58,222 nt of DNA from an uncultured bacterium (GTDB taxonomy: Bacteria > B130-G9), in NCBI GenBank assembly GCA_965372715.1, contig CBDVDH010000018.1, forward strand, positions 1 to 58,222, written 5' to 3'. Position numbers and translations under genes: made by a program. Positions 28,764-38,785 of this stretch are shown here, piece by piece (within the stretch, counting starts at the first letter, position 1; every line of letters starts with the position of its first letter). The notes beneath the pieces were generated by a model. That model saw nothing but the letters and a program-made list of their open reading frames with translations, had not been told where the DNA came from and made no database searches.

Positions 28764-31700
28764 ATGTTGTCTAGATGGCGGTTAGTTGTATTCGTCTCGG
28801 CGATTGCTGGTCTCTTGGCTGTCTCCGCCGTTGGCGTGTTTTGGCAGCATTTCATCAACAGCGACGACGTCAGGACGATCGTTCTAGATGGGGATGAACT
28901 CTGGGCGGGCACGCACAAAGGTGGCTTGTTGCATCTTTACGATGTTACGACCACCAGCGCGTCCTTTGAGAGGTGGACTGTCGAGGATGGTCTGCCGACG
29001 AACAGCATCTATGCGCTCGCACACACAACAGATCAGCTGTTTGGCGAGGAGCTGTGGTGGCTTGGAACTGAGGGCCTTGGTCTGCACGCGTTCGAGCCTA
29101 CTACCGCGAGTATCGTTGATTCGTTCACAACAGCTGACTCAGATATCCCTTCCGACAACGTCCGCGCGCTTGGGCCGATGATGGGCATGACACTCAGTCA
29201 CGAGCTGTGGGTCGGAACGGACGCAGGCCTCGCGCTGCTCCAGTATTTCTTCGGGTTTGACGCGTGGACTGTCTATACCACGGACGACGGCCTTCCAGTA
29301 GATGACGTTGATATCACATCGGTGTTTGCCGATGCTGCTGGCAGGACTTGGTTTGGCTCGCTCGGCACAGGCGTCATCTTCTATATGGATATGGTCTTGC
29401 CGCCTTTGTCGTACCTCGATACATCAAACAGTGAGTTGCCCAGCAACAATGTCACTGCAGTCGCTCGCTCGGACCAGCCGGGTTTAGGGGAGATAGTCTT
29501 CTGTGGGATGGAGGACTACGGACTTGTGGGGTTGTGGGTTGATGATGGCCCAATGGGCAGCGCGGGCACAATCGCCCGCTACCCGCCAGGCGATATGAAT
29601 CTTCTCGGGCTTCGCTTTAACTCGATTGACGGGAGACCCGGTTTGCCCTCCGACCGTGTTCTCTCTCTTGAGTTCGACGGTGATGGCAACCTTTGGATCG
29701 GCACCGACGCGGGTGCAGCTCGTTGGTGGGTCATAAATCCCTCCGAAAGCACGATTACACTGCTGACGGGCGTTACTCGAGTTGTGAATGACATTGCGGC
29801 CGCAGGGAGCGTGATGATTCCCGACGACACGATAGTGTATCTCGGGACAGACTGGCGCGTGTGGTCGTGCTGGCGAGAGCTGGGTGAGATCGATTATGCT
29901 GTGAGCAACTTTGAGTATGAGGACCAGATTCCTGCCAACTACGTGCCCTCAGTTCACTCTACGGCCGACGGCAGCTACGAGGACGCATGGGTCGCGACGG
30001 AGCAGGGAGTCAGCTGGTTTGACGGAACCGGCTGGACGACCTGGACTGTCGATGACGGGCTTCCCGCGACGCCAACAGTGGTCAGGCCCAACGGTTCCAC
30101 GATCTATATCGGAACAGAAGACGGCCTGGCCGTCCTCGATTCTGGGACTGGTGCAATAACGGTCTATTCCTCGCCACCACTTCCGAGCAGCTACATCAAT
30201 GATGTGGAGGTCAGTGGTGCGCTGATACTTGTGGCAACCGATAACGGCGGCGCGGGCTTCTTGGGCGCCCCACCGTTCAGCGGGTTCCTGACCGGTTACG
30301 ACCTCACGTCGATTGCAGTTGATGACGAGGGTGAGCAGTGGTTTGGCAGCGACGCTCATGGGCTCTTTAGGGGGACTAGCGGGCTGGTCTCCTACGACAC
30401 GGGCAACAGCGACATCTTGTCCGACTTCGTGAGAGACGTTGCGGCGGTCGGCGACAACGTGATCTTTGTTGCGACTGACGACGGAGTGTCCCGTTTGGAT
30501 AAGGACACCCTTATCTGGACGGATTATCAGACCCCGGACCTCCTTTCGAATGACGTGCGATGTATCGCGGTTGATCCTCAAGGCCTCCGCCCAACCGGTT
30601 ACGACATTTTCCCATTCAGCGAACACGTTTTGTTCGGGACCCCCAGCGGGGTCAGTAGGCTTTTCAGATACACCGACATGTCGGGCGTTGTTTATGCGGC
30701 TTGGTCCGAGTTCGTGTACGACCCAGATGGCCCCGTCGCGGACTCGATTCTGAGCGACAACGTCTTCGCCGCGAACGTCTTCGCGGGACGATTGACGGGC
30801 GCGGGCTTCCCGGATGAGTTCACGATTAGTTGGTTCGGACACGATTCCGGCGCGTCATATAGAGCACAGGGATTGCCGGTCCTGTCAAACGGGACTGACG
30901 TGGTCTCTGTTGAGGAGAACACCAGCTTCGACCTGAGCGTTTATTATGAGGACGACGAGGGCGAGGCGCCGGTTCTTCACAACGTCTATCTTGCGGATGA
31001 CAATGTTGATGGCCCCTACGACTGGCGGTGGGATATGTCGGCAGTCGGTCCTGATAATCCGGGCACTTGGAGCTGCACCACGAGCATGGACCGCGGCCGT
31101 TACTTCTTCTACTACTACTTCGTTGACGATGACTACACTGCCGCGTGGCTGCCTGCCGGAAACGGCTACTACAATGGTATTTACTGCCACGACGAATACG
31201 AGGATGATGGCTCCTGCGACGCAGGCAACACCCTCACGGTTCTTCAGCCTGGCGATCTTGTGGGCATTGAGAACCACAGCCTTATTTTCAGCCCTTACGA
31301 GCAGGACCGCGACTGGTATGAGACCACGGACACGCTGACCGCGGGGTGGTATTACCATATTTGGACACACAACCTGGATAGAGCGGACACGGACATAGAG
31401 ATATGGTCCGGGCCTGATTGCGACTCGGCGGTGTATGAGACGGGCGTTACCGGGGACGGCGGAGCTGTTGATATTTGGTGGGAGTGCGGTGTCACTCAGA
31501 CTCACTATATCATGGTGGTTGATGGCCATCCTTGGACACCGGGTCCCGTCCCGATATCATACAACTACGACCTGGCCATCGCTGAATATGAGGTGGACCA
31601 ATACGAGCCCGACGAGGTCTGCGACGATGCTGTGCCGATAGACCCAGACTGCGTAAGCCAACGCCACACGCTAGCGCCTCACGACGACGTTGATTGGTTG

Positions 31701-34700
31701 ACGTTCGACGCGCTTCAAGGCATAAGCTATCGTGTCTTTACGTTCGACATTGACCCTAACATAACCGATCCGGATATCTATGTGTATTCCGGTGATTGCG
31801 GCAGTCTGACGCTCGTCGGCAGCGATGACGCCGCGGGGCTCGGGCAGAGAGCGAACGTCGAGTTCTTCTGCGAGACGACCGGGACGTATTACATCGAGGT
31901 TAGGCATCACACCCCAGGCGAGATCGGGTCATACTATTACATCGCTGTTTGCAGCGAGCTCTGGCCGATGGTCGGCTGCGACAAGGGCCACAGGGGCTAC
32001 ATCAACGCTGACGGCCCGACGACGAATAAAATCGAGTGGGCACGGACGTTCGGTCAGTATGACCTCAACGCCTACATCGCCATTGACCAAACGTGCAGGT
32101 CATTCGTTGCTGCAACGGACGGTACCCTCTACGCAGTCCTGCCAAACGGGCGCCTCGACTGGGGATACCAGACAGGGACCTTGTCTGGCCTCGGTCCAGT
32201 AATCGACCATGCGGGCAACGCTGTCCTGCCTCTTGAGGGCGGCGGCCTAATCTCAATAACTCCCGATGGAGCGCTCAATTGGGCGCGTGCAGCGGGTCCC
32301 GACATTACTGCGCCGCCAACCGTGGGGGATGACGGTGTTTTGTACTTCGGCTTGGCTGACACGAGTATACAAGCTATTGATGCAGCGTCGGGCAACGCTA
32401 TCTTGGGTTACCCCTTCACTCCGCCCGCACCGGTTTTGGGTGGGATCGTCGGCAGTCCCGCGATCGATTCTGGGGGCCGTCTATACTTTACCTCCGCGGG
32501 CAACGTTGATGCCTTCAATGTGTTCTGTGTGAACCCTGGCCCGCCCCCGTCGGTCGCATGGCGCGCTTGGGCCCCGCCCTGGATAACAACGGCTGCTCCA
32601 ACTCTCAGCCACGACGAGGCCGAGCTCTATGTGGGCGGCTTGAACGGTGTCCTGTACGCGAAGGATACGTCCTCGGGGGCCGATCTCTGGAATTTCACTA
32701 CGGCGGGACCGATTGTAGGGTCCCCGGCCGTGCATCCCGCCGCTGGGCTTGTCTATATCCCGTCCGAGGACGGGTCGCTCTACTGCGTCGATCCGGTTGA
32801 CCCCAGCGCAGCTCTCTGGGAATACGCAACTGGCGGCCCGATTCGCTCTTCGCCAGCGGTTGACCTCACCGGACGCTGCTACTTCGGCAGCGATGACGGG
32901 TTCTTCTACTGCCTGAACCCAGATGGGACGCTCCTTTGGCGCTATGATTTCGTGGTTCCGGTTGATTCCAGCCCAACGCTCGATTCCTATGGCTTTGTCT
33001 ATATCACGGTCGGGCACGAGCTGTTCGTCTTTGACGAGTGGGTTCCCGATCCGAGAGCGCCTGAGTCAACGTGTGACTGCCCCAGCAAGGTAACAGACCC
33101 CCTGATTCCCGTTACCTGGGTCTGTCGAGACAACAAGAGCGGCGTGAAGTCCGTGGCGCTTTGGTATCGCTATAGCTCTGGCGATCTCTGGGGTCTATGG
33201 ATCGATTCCGGGCTCATCGGATATGACGAGACTGGGACCTTCGACTTCGTCGCGGCAGCACAGGGCATCTACGAGTTTCATACGATTGCGGAAGACTACG
33301 CGGGCAACGTCGAGGACGCGCCGGCGACCGCCGACTGCTCGTGCGTTTACAACACGGTGTTTCCTGAGTCGTCCTGCACCTCGCCTGAATACGACGATGC
33401 GATGCCGATACCGGTTCAGTTCACGAGCGATGCTGTCAACGGCATCTTCCAGACCGTTCTGTGGTATCGATACGAGGGCGGCGCCTGGACGTGCAGTGGT
33501 CTTGCCAAGCAGGCAACTGCGGGCACTATCTACTTCGGCGTCAACCGCGGCGACGGGACCTATGATTTCTATTCCGTTGCGATGGACGCGATAGGCAATG
33601 AGGAGCCGAGACCTGACGCGGCGACCGAGCCGGATACGACCACCATCTATGACACACATCGACCGGTCTCAAGCTGCTGGCTAATCAATGGAAGCGGCTA
33701 TACAAAAGAGCCGGTTATTCCGATCGAGTTCAGGGCCTACGATGGCCTGAGCGGTGTATTGGAGACTACTCTCTATTACCGTATCGGTTCTGGCGACTGG
33801 GTCGATAGCGGGCTCTCAATGACCGGGCTTTTGGGCACATTCGAGTTCGATGCGACGGCGACGGGCGAGGGACAATACGAGTTCACGACGGTCGCGGACG
33901 ACAACGCCGGAAACAAGGAGTTTGGCCCGAACGAAGCCAAGGCGTCAGTCATTTACGACGAGACTGCGCCTGACTCGACATGCACGCTCAACGGGCTGAC
34001 CGATACCCAGATTCTGCTGGATTACATCGTTTCTGATAGCAACGCGGTCACGGAGGTTCAGCTGTGGTATCGCCTCGCCTTCGGGGAATGGACGCTGCAT
34101 CCGGTGAGGGGTTCAGGTTCCTCGGGTATGTTCACGTTCGTCCCGATGCTCGGAGACGGCACGTACGAGTTCTACACGATCGCTATCGATGCCGCCGGGA
34201 ACGTCGAGGCAAGAGCGGCGCTTCCGGATGTTCTCTCAATCTACTTCGATGTTAAGGCGCCCGCGTCGTATTGTACAGGGCCCGCGCTGACGACTTCCAA
34301 TGAGATTCAGGTCGCTTTCCACGTAGTGGAGCTCAACAACGGCGTCAAGAGGGTCAAGCTCTACCAGAAGTTCAACGATGGTGAGCGGATATACACAGGG
34401 CTTTCAAGATCAGGCAAGAACAAGGGCGTGTTCGACGTTCGGCTCTATGACGGCGACGGAACATACGGGTTCCACACGATAGCCGAGGACTGGGTCGGAA
34501 ACGTCGAGGACCCGCCGGATGAGGCGGATGCCACAACGCTTTTGGACAGACAGGCGCCAACCTCTGAGTGCTCGTCAAACTGGATAGCCACTGCCTCCGT
34601 TTTGGAGATTGGCTACCAGGCGCAGGACGCCGTCTCAGGCGTCAACAGGACGAAGCTGTTCAGCAGCTATAACGGCGCCGCGTTCACCGATACAGGGCTT

Positions 34701-37700
34701 GTGGGCTATGAGCCGACCGGCACGTTCGCCTTCAACGCCCAAGGCGACGGCGAGTATGCGTTCTACACGGTCGCTGTTGATGAGGCGGGCCATCGGGAGC
34801 GAGTCCCCGACATGCCGGACGCCGTTACGATACTTGATACCCAGGCGCCTTTCTCGGAGTGCACTTGTCCGAGCCTCACGAGCGCGACTGAAGTTACGGT
34901 TACGTATTTGGCCGGTGATGAGCGGCCGGACACGGTTACGGTTAGCCTTTGGTATGCGTTCAACTCAGGCGTCGCGATTGACACCGGGCTTTCTTTGACG
35001 GCAAACACGGGCGCGTTTGACTTCGAGCTGACGCGCGGTGAGGGCGTCTATTCGTTCTTCACGCTTGCGACCGACACGGGCGGCAACGTCGAGCCGGACA
35101 AGGATTTTGAGTGCACTGTCCTTTACGACGCGACCGCGCCGATTTCGACTTGTTCAAGCGCCATCTATGCGAACAGATCGCCGCTTTCGGTTGTCTTCAG
35201 CGCCGAAGACCCTGATGTTGCGTGGTCAGTAGATGGCAGTGGCGTTAGGGGAACCAGCTTGTGGTATCGCTTCAAGAGGTACATCGACCTTGAGTTCGGC
35301 GATTGGCAGGACCCGGGCGTCAGGATGGAGCTCGATGAGGGCACGTTTAGCCTCTGGGCCAAGGAAGGTGAAGGTTTCTACGACCTCCAGACTAGGGCCG
35401 ATGACAGAGCTGGCAATCTTGAGGCGCTCAAGGACGAGCCGGATTGCAGCGTTATCTATGACGTAACGCCGCCTTCGTCGTTCTGTAGCTCGCCCCTGGT
35501 GGTCTATGAGCAGAGAATAGAGATCGATTACAACGTCTATGAGATCACTAGCGGCCTTGACCGGACCACGCTTTGGTACAAGTATGAGGACGGCGAGTTT
35601 GAGAGCACGCGAATCACTCGCCCGGAGCCAAGTGGGCAGACAGTGTTCAGGCCCAGGGATGGCCAGGGCACCTACTACTTCTATACGATCTCGGTCGATA
35701 ACGCGGGCAACGTCGAGCGGGCGCCGCTGTCTCCGGATTGTGAGACAACTTTCGCGCGCAACGAGCCGGATATCAACGTTGAGCCAATGTCGATAGATTT
35801 TGGCGTTGTGCCGCCATTTGTGCTTCAGGGCGTTAGCGCATACGTTGAGGTATCCAATGTTGGGCTCCTGCCTCTGACCGTCTCTGACGTCACGATTGAG
35901 TCGATGAGTCCTGCATTCAACACGACCGCTGGCGCGATGACTGTGCAGCCAGGCGTAAGCCAGATGATTGAGGTCAGTTTCTTGCCGCCGGGCATGGGTG
36001 AGTTTAACGGAACACTTGTCATAACGAGCAACGATCCGGACGAGCCTGAAGTCCGCGTTGCGCTGACTGGTAGCGGACAGGCGTCTGTGCAGAACCCCAG
36101 CATTCAGGTTACGCCGCAGCAGCTCGCATTTGGCAGTGTTACAGTTGGCCAGACGGACACTGGCACGTTCACGGTTACCAACGTGGGCGGCGCGGAGCTC
36201 ACGGTCTATAGCGTCCAGAATCAGCAGATATCGTCAGCCTTCAGCGACGCGCGCGGCGCCTACTTCTACCCATTTAATGTGCCCCCCGGCGGGACAACGA
36301 CCATCAGGATCAATTTCACGCCGACCGCGCAGATGAACTACAGCACCAACCTCATCATCTATCACAACGACTTTAGCGGCCCTGCAAACCCTGGCGAAAC
36401 AACGGTCAGCTGCACAGGCGCCGGCGTTGGCGGAGGGAATGGCGGGCCGGATATCGACCTTTGCGAGGGCGATTCGATTGATTTCGGCACCGTGCCAGAA
36501 GGTCGCGAGGGATATGGGCCTTTGGCGGTTTGCAACTTCGGTGACGAGGACCTTCTCATAAGCAGTCTGGAATTTGATCCCTCAGAGCACTTTTACCTGG
36601 CGGCGAGGCTGGACTTCCCTGTGACGGTCCCCCCGGGCGAGAAGAGGTTTTTGACTGTTGGTTTCTCGTGCACAGCGGGCGCTTCGGGAAGCTATGAGGG
36701 CTGGTGCGATGTGCTCTCCAACGACCCTGATGAATCAAGGGCTCGCGTCACTCTCACGGCAACGTGTGGCGGGGGTGCAGTCGGGCCGGATATTAGGCTC
36801 AGCCACGACGCCATCGATTTCGGTACCGTCGCGCCGGGCGGCGATCCGAATAACATCTACGTCCAGATCTACAATGACGGTACGGCAGACCTCGTGGTTT
36901 CGTCGGTTGACGCGGAGAATGCTGGCGGAGGCGAGGAGTTTGGCACCCACTATTGGGGCGGTTCGTTCCCAATCGTGATTGCCCCGGGAGGGAGTGACAG
37001 CATCTCTGTTACTTACTTCCCGCAATCGCCGGGTAGTCACACAGGGGCGGTGTATGTCTATAGCAACGACCCGGACGAACCCCGGGCGGACATAGTTCTC
37101 GCGGGCAAGTGTGAGACCCAGGACAACCCGCCGGGCATTGATATCGATCCTTACGTCCTGGACTTTGGCGATGTTCCTGTTGGTCTAACGACGCAGGAGA
37201 ACATCACGGTCACCAACACCGGCGGATCAGTCCTTTATATCTACGGGTTAACCGAAAGTGATACGTTTAGCGATGGTCAGGACCCGGATTTTTATCCGGC
37301 AGGCTTGCCGGCAGGCAATTCGCTTCAGATGCGCATCTGGTTCGCGCCAACCGAGGCCAAGCAATACAGTGAAGGTCTCGGAGTGAGCTCCAATGATCCG
37401 GGCGGCATTTATGCCGGGCGGTTCGAGGCTCATGGCAGAGGGGTCGGCGGCCGTGAACCACTAGTGCTCTCGCTTTCCGCGGAGAAGTCGAGCGTGAAAA
37501 CCGGCGAGGAACAGGCGCTCTCGGTAACTGCTGACAACGCTGGCACCGAACGCGCGGTCGATCTGCTTGGCGCGGTTGTTCTGCCGGATGGGACATTCCT
37601 GTTCTATCCTGGGTTCTCGATGGAGCAGCGGCCTGTGTTCGTCACGCTTGATGCGAACGCTGCGATAGGCCCGATTGAGATACTACGGGTTCCGTTTAGC

Positions 37701-37811
37701 AACGCGCTCCCGAAGGGCACGTATGTGTTTTATGTCGCGGCGCTCAATCCCTACAACTACGATATGCAGATCGAGGGCAACATCGCCTCAGTCACATGGG
37801 TGTTTGAGTAG
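28764..37811 (+). CDS. Giant secreted repeat protein 4 (3015 aa): propellers, 2 PPC-like domains, PQQ-type propeller, 9 Ig-like repeats, 5 ASH-like domains, shared CTD
   Basis: AGGAGG RBS; signal peptide; same modules as its paralogues; five P.I...P..(I/L)DFG.V...N.G...L...SNDP-type domains before the CTD. Confidence 0.88.
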   Translation: MLSRWRLVVFVSAIAGLLAVSAVGVFWQHFINSDDVRTIVLDGDELWAGTHKGGLLHLYDVTTTSASFERWTVEDGLPTNSIYALAHTTDQLFGEELWWLGTEGLGLHAFEPTTASIVDSFTTADSDIPSDNVRALGPMMGMTLSHELWVGTDAGLALLQYFFGFDAWTVYTTDDGLPVDDVDITSVFADAAGRTWFGSLGTGVIFYMDMVLPPLSYLDTSNSELPSNNVTAVARSDQPGLGEIVFCGMEDYGLVGLWVDDGPMGSAGTIARYPPGDMNLLGLRFNSIDGRPGLPSDRVLSLEFDGDGNLWIGTDAGAARWWVINPSESTITLLTGVTRVVNDIAAAGSVMIPDDTIVYLGTDWRVWSCWRELGEIDYAVSNFEYEDQIPANYVPSVHSTADGSYEDAWVATEQGVSWFDGTGWTTWTVDDGLPATPTVVRPNGSTIYIGTEDGLAVLDSGTGAITVYSSPPLPSSYINDVEVSGALILVATDNGGAGFLGAPPFSGFLTGYDLTSIAVDDEGEQWFGSDAHGLFRGTSGLVSYDTGNSDILSDFVRDVAAVGDNVIFVATDDGVSRLDKDTLIWTDYQTPDLLSNDVRCIAVDPQGLRPTGYDIFPFSEHVLFGTPSGVSRLFRYTDMSGVVYAAWSEFVYDPDGPVADSILSDNVFAANVFAGRLTGAGFPDEFTISWFGHDSGASYRAQGLPVLSNGTDVVSVEENTSFDLSVYYEDDEGEAPVLHNVYLADDNVDGPYDWRWDMSAVGPDNPGTWSCTTSMDRGRYFFYYYFVDDDYTAAWLPAGNGYYNGIYCHDEYEDDGSCDAGNTLTVLQPGDLVGIENHSLIFSPYEQDRDWYETTDTLTAGWYYHIWTHNLDRADTDIEIWSGPDCDSAVYETGVTGDGGAVDIWWECGVTQTHYIMVVDGHPWTPGPVPISYNYDLAIAEYEVDQYEPDEVCDDAVPIDPDCVSQRHTLAPHDDVDWLTFDALQGISYRVFTFDIDPNITDPDIYVYSGDCGSLTLVGSDDAAGLGQRANVEFFCETTGTYYIEVRHHTPGEIGSYYYIAVCSELWPMVGCDKGHRGYINADGPTTNKIEWARTFGQYDLNAYIAIDQTCRSFVAATDGTLYAVLPNGRLDWGYQTGTLSGLGPVIDHAGNAVLPLEGGGLISITPDGALNWARAAGPDITAPPTVGDDGVLYFGLADTSIQAIDAASGNAILGYPFTPPAPVLGGIVGSPAIDSGGRLYFTSAGNVDAFNVFCVNPGPPPSVAWRAWAPPWITTAAPTLSHDEAELYVGGLNGVLYAKDTSSGADLWNFTTAGPIVGSPAVHPAAGLVYIPSEDGSLYCVDPVDPSAALWEYATGGPIRSSPAVDLTGRCYFGSDDGFFYCLNPDGTLLWRYDFVVPVDSSPTLDSYGFVYITVGHELFVFDEWVPDPRAPESTCDCPSKVTDPLIPVTWVCRDNKSGVKSVALWYRYSSGDLWGLWIDSGLIGYDETGTFDFVAAAQGIYEFHTIAEDYAGNVEDAPATADCSCVYNTVFPESSCTSPEYDDAMPIPVQFTSDAVNGIFQTVLWYRYEGGAWTCSGLAKQATAGTIYFGVNRGDGTYDFYSVAMDAIGNEEPRPDAATEPDTTTIYDTHRPVSSCWLINGSGYTKEPVIPIEFRAYDGLSGVLETTLYYRIGSGDWVDSGLSMTGLLGTFEFDATATGEGQYEFTTVADDNAGNKEFGPNEAKASVIYDETAPDSTCTLNGLTDTQILLDYIVSDSNAVTEVQLWYRLAFGEWTLHPVRGSGSSGMFTFVPMLGDGTYEFYTIAIDAAGNVEARAALPDVLSIYFDVKAPASYCTGPALTTSNEIQVAFHVVELNNGVKRVKLYQKFNDGERIYTGLSRSGKNKGVFDVRLYDGDGTYGFHTIAEDWVGNVEDPPDEADATTLLDRQAPTSECSSNWIATASVLEIGYQAQDAVSGVNRTKLFSSYNGAAFTDTGLVGYEPTGTFAFNAQGDGEYAFYTVAVDEAGHRERVPDMPDAVTILDTQAPFSECTCPSLTSATEVTVTYLAGDERPDTVTVSLWYAFNSGVAIDTGLSLTANTGAFDFELTRGEGVYSFFTLATDTGGNVEPDKDFECTVLYDATAPISTCSSAIYANRSPLSVVFSAEDPDVAWSVDGSGVRGTSLWYRFKRYIDLEFGDWQDPGVRMELDEGTFSLWAKEGEGFYDLQTRADDRAGNLEALKDEPDCSVIYDVTPPSSFCSSPLVVYEQRIEIDYNVYEITSGLDRTTLWYKYEDGEFESTRITRPEPSGQTVFRPRDGQGTYYFYTISVDNAGNVERAPLSPDCETTFARNEPDINVEPMSIDFGVVPPFVLQGVSAYVEVSNVGLLPLTVSDVTIESMSPAFNTTAGAMTVQPGVSQMIEVSFLPPGMGEFNGTLVITSNDPDEPEVRVALTGSGQASVQNPSIQVTPQQLAFGSVTVGQTDTGTFTVTNVGGAELTVYSVQNQQISSAFSDARGAYFYPFNVPPGGTTTIRINFTPTAQMNYSTNLIIYHNDFSGPANPGETTVSCTGAGVGGGNGGPDIDLCEGDSIDFGTVPEGREGYGPLAVCNFGDEDLLISSLEFDPSEHFYLAARLDFPVTVPPGEKRFLTVGFSCTAGASGSYEGWCDVLSNDPDESRARVTLTATCGGGAVGPDIRLSHDAIDFGTVAPGGDPNNIYVQIYNDGTADLVVSSVDAENAGGGEEFGTHYWGGSFPIVIAPGGSDSISVTYFPQSPGSHTGAVYVYSNDPDEPRADIVLAGKCETQDNPPGIDIDPYVLDFGDVPVGLTTQENITVTNTGGSVLYIYGLTESDTFSDGQDPDFYPAGLPAGNSLQMRIWFAPTEAKQYSEGLGVSSNDPGGIYAGRFEAHGRGVGGREPLVLSLSAEKSSVKTGEEQALSVTADNAGTERAVDLLGAVVLPDGTFLFYPGFSMEQRPVFVTLDANAAIGPIEILRVPFSNALPKGTYVFYVAALNPYNYDMQIEGNIASVTWVFE

Positions 37812-37840
37812 CACAGCTTCCGGCCGCAGTTGAACATAAT

Positions 37841-37994
37841 GTAGGGGTGCTGCTTGCTGCACCCTAAGGCTGACGTAGGGGCGGTGCTTGCCCCGCCCTT
37901 CATATGTTCCGGTCACATCAGAGAAGGGCACGGCAAGCGGTGCCCCTACAATGGCCGTTCGTGGCGCAACGGGTGCGACAAGCAGCGCCCCTAC
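37841..37994. repeat. GTAG-family REP cluster left of RAYT (4 REPs)
   Basis: GTAGGGGTGCTGCTTGCTGCACCC (37841), GTAGGGGCGGTGCTTGCCCCGCCC (37875), and inverted copies ending CCCCTAC at 37925-37949 and 37971-37994. Confidence 0.9.
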
Positions 37995-38016
37995 AATCAA
38001 TGGATGAGGAGGTTCC

Positions 38017-38613
38017 ATGCCTGGCCTCCGGCGCTCTATCAGACTACGCGGATATGACTATTCGCGCGGTGGGGTGTATTTTGTGACGATCTGCATCCAC
38101 GACCGGCAATGTCTGCTGGAGAACCTCGAGGTTAGGCGGATGGTCCAATCTATTTGGGTTGCTCTGCCTCGGCGCATCCCGCGCGTCAAGACAGACGCAT
38201 TCGTCATTATGCCGAATCACGTGCATGGGATATTGTTTCTGGCACCCAGATTTGTGGCGGGGCGTCAAACGATTGATCATGTGGCAACGGGTGATGCTGG
38301 CGCGGAGGGCACGGCAAGCGGTGCCCCTACGGCCCCGCCCAAGATGGAAGAGGGTGCAGCAAGCAGCACCCCTACAACGTTGCCGGTTGTTGTTCGCGCC
38401 TTCAAATCCATTGGTGCCGTTCAAATCAACCGTGCGTTGGGCCGACGCGGCCGCCTCTGGCAGCGCAACTACTACGAGCGCATCATTAGGAACGACGACG
38501 AATTGCGGCGCATTCGCGAATACATAGCGAGTAATCCACGACTGTGGGACATGGACCGGGAGAATCCCGACCGAATCGGTGAGAACGAGATATACGACTG
38601 GTTGTATTCGTGA
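38017..38613 (+). mobile_element. REP-associated tyrosine transposase (RAYT/TnpA-REP, HUH Y1 family)
   Basis: RRSIRLRGYDYS..GVYFVTIC, HUH motif MPNHVHGI, FKS, LWQRNYYERIIR...YI..NP; AGGAGG RBS; flanked by GTAG REPs. Confidence 0.92.
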
Positions 38614-38623
38614 AGAGGCGGCT

Positions 38624-38741
38624 TTAGGGGCGGTGCTTGCCCCGCCCTTGATGGTTCGGTCACATCAGAGAAGGGCGGGGCAAGCACCGCCCCTACAGGC
38701 CTCGCCGAAAAGCAAATGGGCACGGCAAGCGGCACCCCTAC
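38624..38741. repeat. GTAG-family REP cluster right of RAYT (3 REPs)
   Basis: TTAGGGGCGGTGCTTGCCCCGCCC at 38624 with its inverted partner at 38672-38696; third copy at 38718-38741. Confidence 0.9.
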
Positions 38742-38785
38742 AGACGCCGGTGCCATTCTGACCCAGCCGGGCATATCGTCGTCCC

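Noticed and set aside
7315-37596. Numerous antisense and alternate-frame ORFs inside the giant genes
   Set aside because: Shadow ORFs expected from GC-rich codon bias; no motifs recognised.
37829-37856. dif-like site near xerD (GTTGAACATAATGTA)
   Set aside because: Only one arm resembles dif; the other half is REP sequence with no TTATG arm. GC skew could not be computed reliably by eye.
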